A stretch of DNA of 63,145 bases, the filler included, from Choristocarpus tenellus KU-1152 (taxonomy: Eukaryota > Protista > Phaeophyceae), in assembly GCA_964200185.2 (NCBI GenBank). It is 10 parts of 10 records of this genome, joined end to end, with 100 filler letters (N's around TTAATTAATTAA, not from the genome) between each part and the next. Parts side by side here need not be neighbours in the genome. Positions count along the whole stretch, not along the records: positions 59,854 to 63,145 come from CAXNAD020020989.1; 9 more parts are not named here. One strand, written 5' to 3'. This document shows positions 60,850 through 63,145 of this stretch, in pieces (position 1 is the stretch's first letter; every line of letters begins with the position of its first letter). The notes under the pieces were generated by a model that made no database searches, was not told the DNA's origin, and saw only the letters and a program-made list of their open reading frames with translations. The position numbers and the translations under genes are program-made.

Positions 60850-62506
60850 TAAAAAAATTAATAACTTAGTCGTCTGGTTTGATACCATGGAACCAAGGCA
60901 TATATACCAAAATCTCTTGACATCCATAATCCTCAACCAAAGCATTGCAAAAAAAATCCATCAATGTTCTTGATAGCAGTGGAAAACTGCCCACTACCTG
61001 AAGCTGACAATGCAGCAGGAGAATACCTGTTTAAAATAGTGCTCCTTAATAGTGCGCCGTTCCTACTGGGAAGAAGAACATTGCCCATTTCATCGAAGGA
61101 TAACAAGCAATGTCCACATCCTCTTTGTTGAACTAACTAAAAGTAGAGACCTTTTTGACGTTTTGAAGTCTTTCTGAAATTAATGAGGCTTCGTGCTTCT
61201 AGGCAATTACAGTTGTCTATTTTAGTCGATACCTCCAAAAACACACTCAAAGTCCGTTGACCCAACCTTATCTTGGAATACTGTTTTTGGCATGTTGACA
61301 TGTGTGAGGGCTGTTATCATTAGCAAATAAGAAGTTCATCGTTGCCTTTTGAAACACAAAACGATAAAGTTCCTCTTGGACTAAGATTAAAGAAAGACTT
61401 TCTCCTGAGGTTTTGAACAAGTGATAGTTTCGCTCATCCGTCCAGACCTGCCCAAACAGCATTTTCTCCCTCTGTAGTGCTTTGTATGTTACCCAACCAT
61501 GATCGGTCCATTCCATGATCCGTGAGCAAGAAGCATTTCTCTCTTCTTCTCTTCGAGTAAAAATGGCATGCGATCTTATGAGTGGAGTAGCAGCTCAGCT
61601 TATATCAAACGCAAAAAAACGGACTAGGTCTAAGTAAGATCTTTAGCTGGCATCATCGAATAACTCAAATGTTGTAAAACGTAGGGCAAAAGCATGTGAC
61701 AAGAGTCCTGTTTCACCATTCATCATACCTTTTGCACATCACGTCCATATCCCAGTACATGCCCATCCCCGTCTCAGAATCAGCGTCTGCCATTCTTGCG
61801 TGTGACGCTGAAGGTTCAACAAATGTGCGGTTAAGTGCGCGAGCCATGTAGAGGGCGTCAGCAAGAACCCACTTAGTGCCTCCTAGTTGCTCCATAGCAT
61901 TGACCAGTACGAGGTAGCCCTGGGGGTCAACCTCCTGTTGGAGATGACTCAAGCCCCTTTGCTGCATGCAATCCGCCGAGCTCCAAGGGGGAGGCTGTAA
62001 CAGAGGCAATTATTGCGTATCACTGTCAAGGGTCTTGCCCTTGTCTAACTTCCTTGATGGGCAATAGATTGATGATGATTGTACAAGTTGCCAACTAGCC
62101 AATCTTAGGTATTAACTTCGAACCGTTGAATAGGCCTCCTACAAACTACAGCTCCAACTATTGAATGACATACGACCCACACTCTTGGGACACTGGGTAT
62201 CGTGTGCAAGAAAGATTCGATATCGTCAAACATGGATTAGACCCTTCGCATGGGCACCCGACACCCTCACCGACACTCATCACGTGAGAATCATCTTACC
62301 TGGAACCAACTACTGCTGCCCGTCGAAGATGTACCAATGCTAGCCTCTTTATCATTCCCTTCTATCCATTTTTGCCAACCATCACCAAACGTCACCTGCG
62401 GAGTGCCAAGAACATAGGATTGCTGCCAGGAGCGTAAAAACATCATTGAACAAAATAGGCATGCTGAAGACCTCAGTCTCCTTAGCGTTTGCCTTCGGCC
62501 CACCAT
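60850..62506 (-). pseudogene. Decayed, apparently intronless O-fucosyltransferase-like gene
   Basis: EQLGGTKWVLADALYMARALNRTFVEP resembles the O-FucT N-terminal motif (A..LA..LNRTLV.P); basic plus hydrophobic N-terminus at 62506; several frame breaks. Confidence 0.45.
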
Positions 62507-62799
62507 TGTTTGAGTTTTCTGCCCTTTCCCCTTCTATGAACCTCGTTCCATCGCTGTCTTCCCTTGACGGAAGTATGTGAAGGTGTAATAAAATTAAGGT
62601 GAAAAACGGTCAATGTGGAAGACCAAATATCAATCAACAAACATTTGAAATATTGAAGAAGGAAATATATTTAATTGTTTAATACTGAACATCTTGGAAG
62701 ATTTGATATATTATTGACGTTCCCGAACATCCTCAATTACATGCAAAACATTGAACCATCAATTGCTATCAATAAATTGTAAATTGTAACTATGGGGAA

Positions 62800-63075
62800 G
62801 GAAAAGGATATTGCGAGCGCACCCACTACGAGGGCTACTTTGATCCTCCTCATAATTATAACCTCAACACTTTTGCGGTGGAAAGTTTTGGGCACCTCGG
62901 CAAGCAAGCGAAATGCTTCCTGGATGAGCTGGCTACCCACATAGAAGGAGGGAGAGGAGCGGGAGGATATGGCAGGAAAAGGAGTAGATAAATCCAGACT
63001 ACGCCAAATTGTTTCGTTGACTACGCAAGAGGCTTTGTCTCGACGTGTCATGCGTTTTAAGCTGGAACCGCCAGG
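62800..63075 (+). mobile_element. 3' tail of a CRE/R2-type non-LTR retrotransposon (restriction-like endonuclease end), 5'-truncated
   Basis: HYEGYFDP..NTFAVESFGHLGKQAKCFLDELA...RLRQIVS matches the RLE C-terminal Y...F.VE..G..G..A..FL..L pattern. Confidence 0.7.
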
Positions 63076-63145
63076 GAGATGGGCACGGAGGGGTCTATTG
63101 GATTCTTGGGATGCTTCCTTAGCTCCCCCCCCGGGGGCACAGGAG

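Overview
Eukaryotic, intron-rich genomic DNA. Gene style, a plastid-type presequence and the TE content suggest a photosynthetic stramenopile, possibly a brown alga or relative (inference). The window joins ten contigs with identical 100-nt spacers (N44-TTAATTAATTAA-N44), so adjacency across spacers is unproven. Host genes: a 9-exon RecQ helicase (-), a USO1/p115-like tether (+), a golgin-like coiled-coil gene (-), a K/R-rich two-exon gene (+), a 5-exon DUF4336 gene (-), a possible gelsolin-like gene and several hypothetical genes. Repeats: Ty1/Copia and Ty3/Gypsy relics, a CRE/R2-type non-LTR tail, an unclassified ~430-bp repeat present twice, and two related MITE families. Highlights: (1) a decayed six-exon Sola-like/DUF7869-type DDD transposase that is invisible in the ORF track; (2) two MITE families that share bipartite termini and nest reciprocally, family A showing a 3-bp TSD and a 42-bp internal palindrome; (3) three GC-AG introns among the 12 reconstructed in RecQ and DUF4336. 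All family assignments come from motif recognition; no searches were run.
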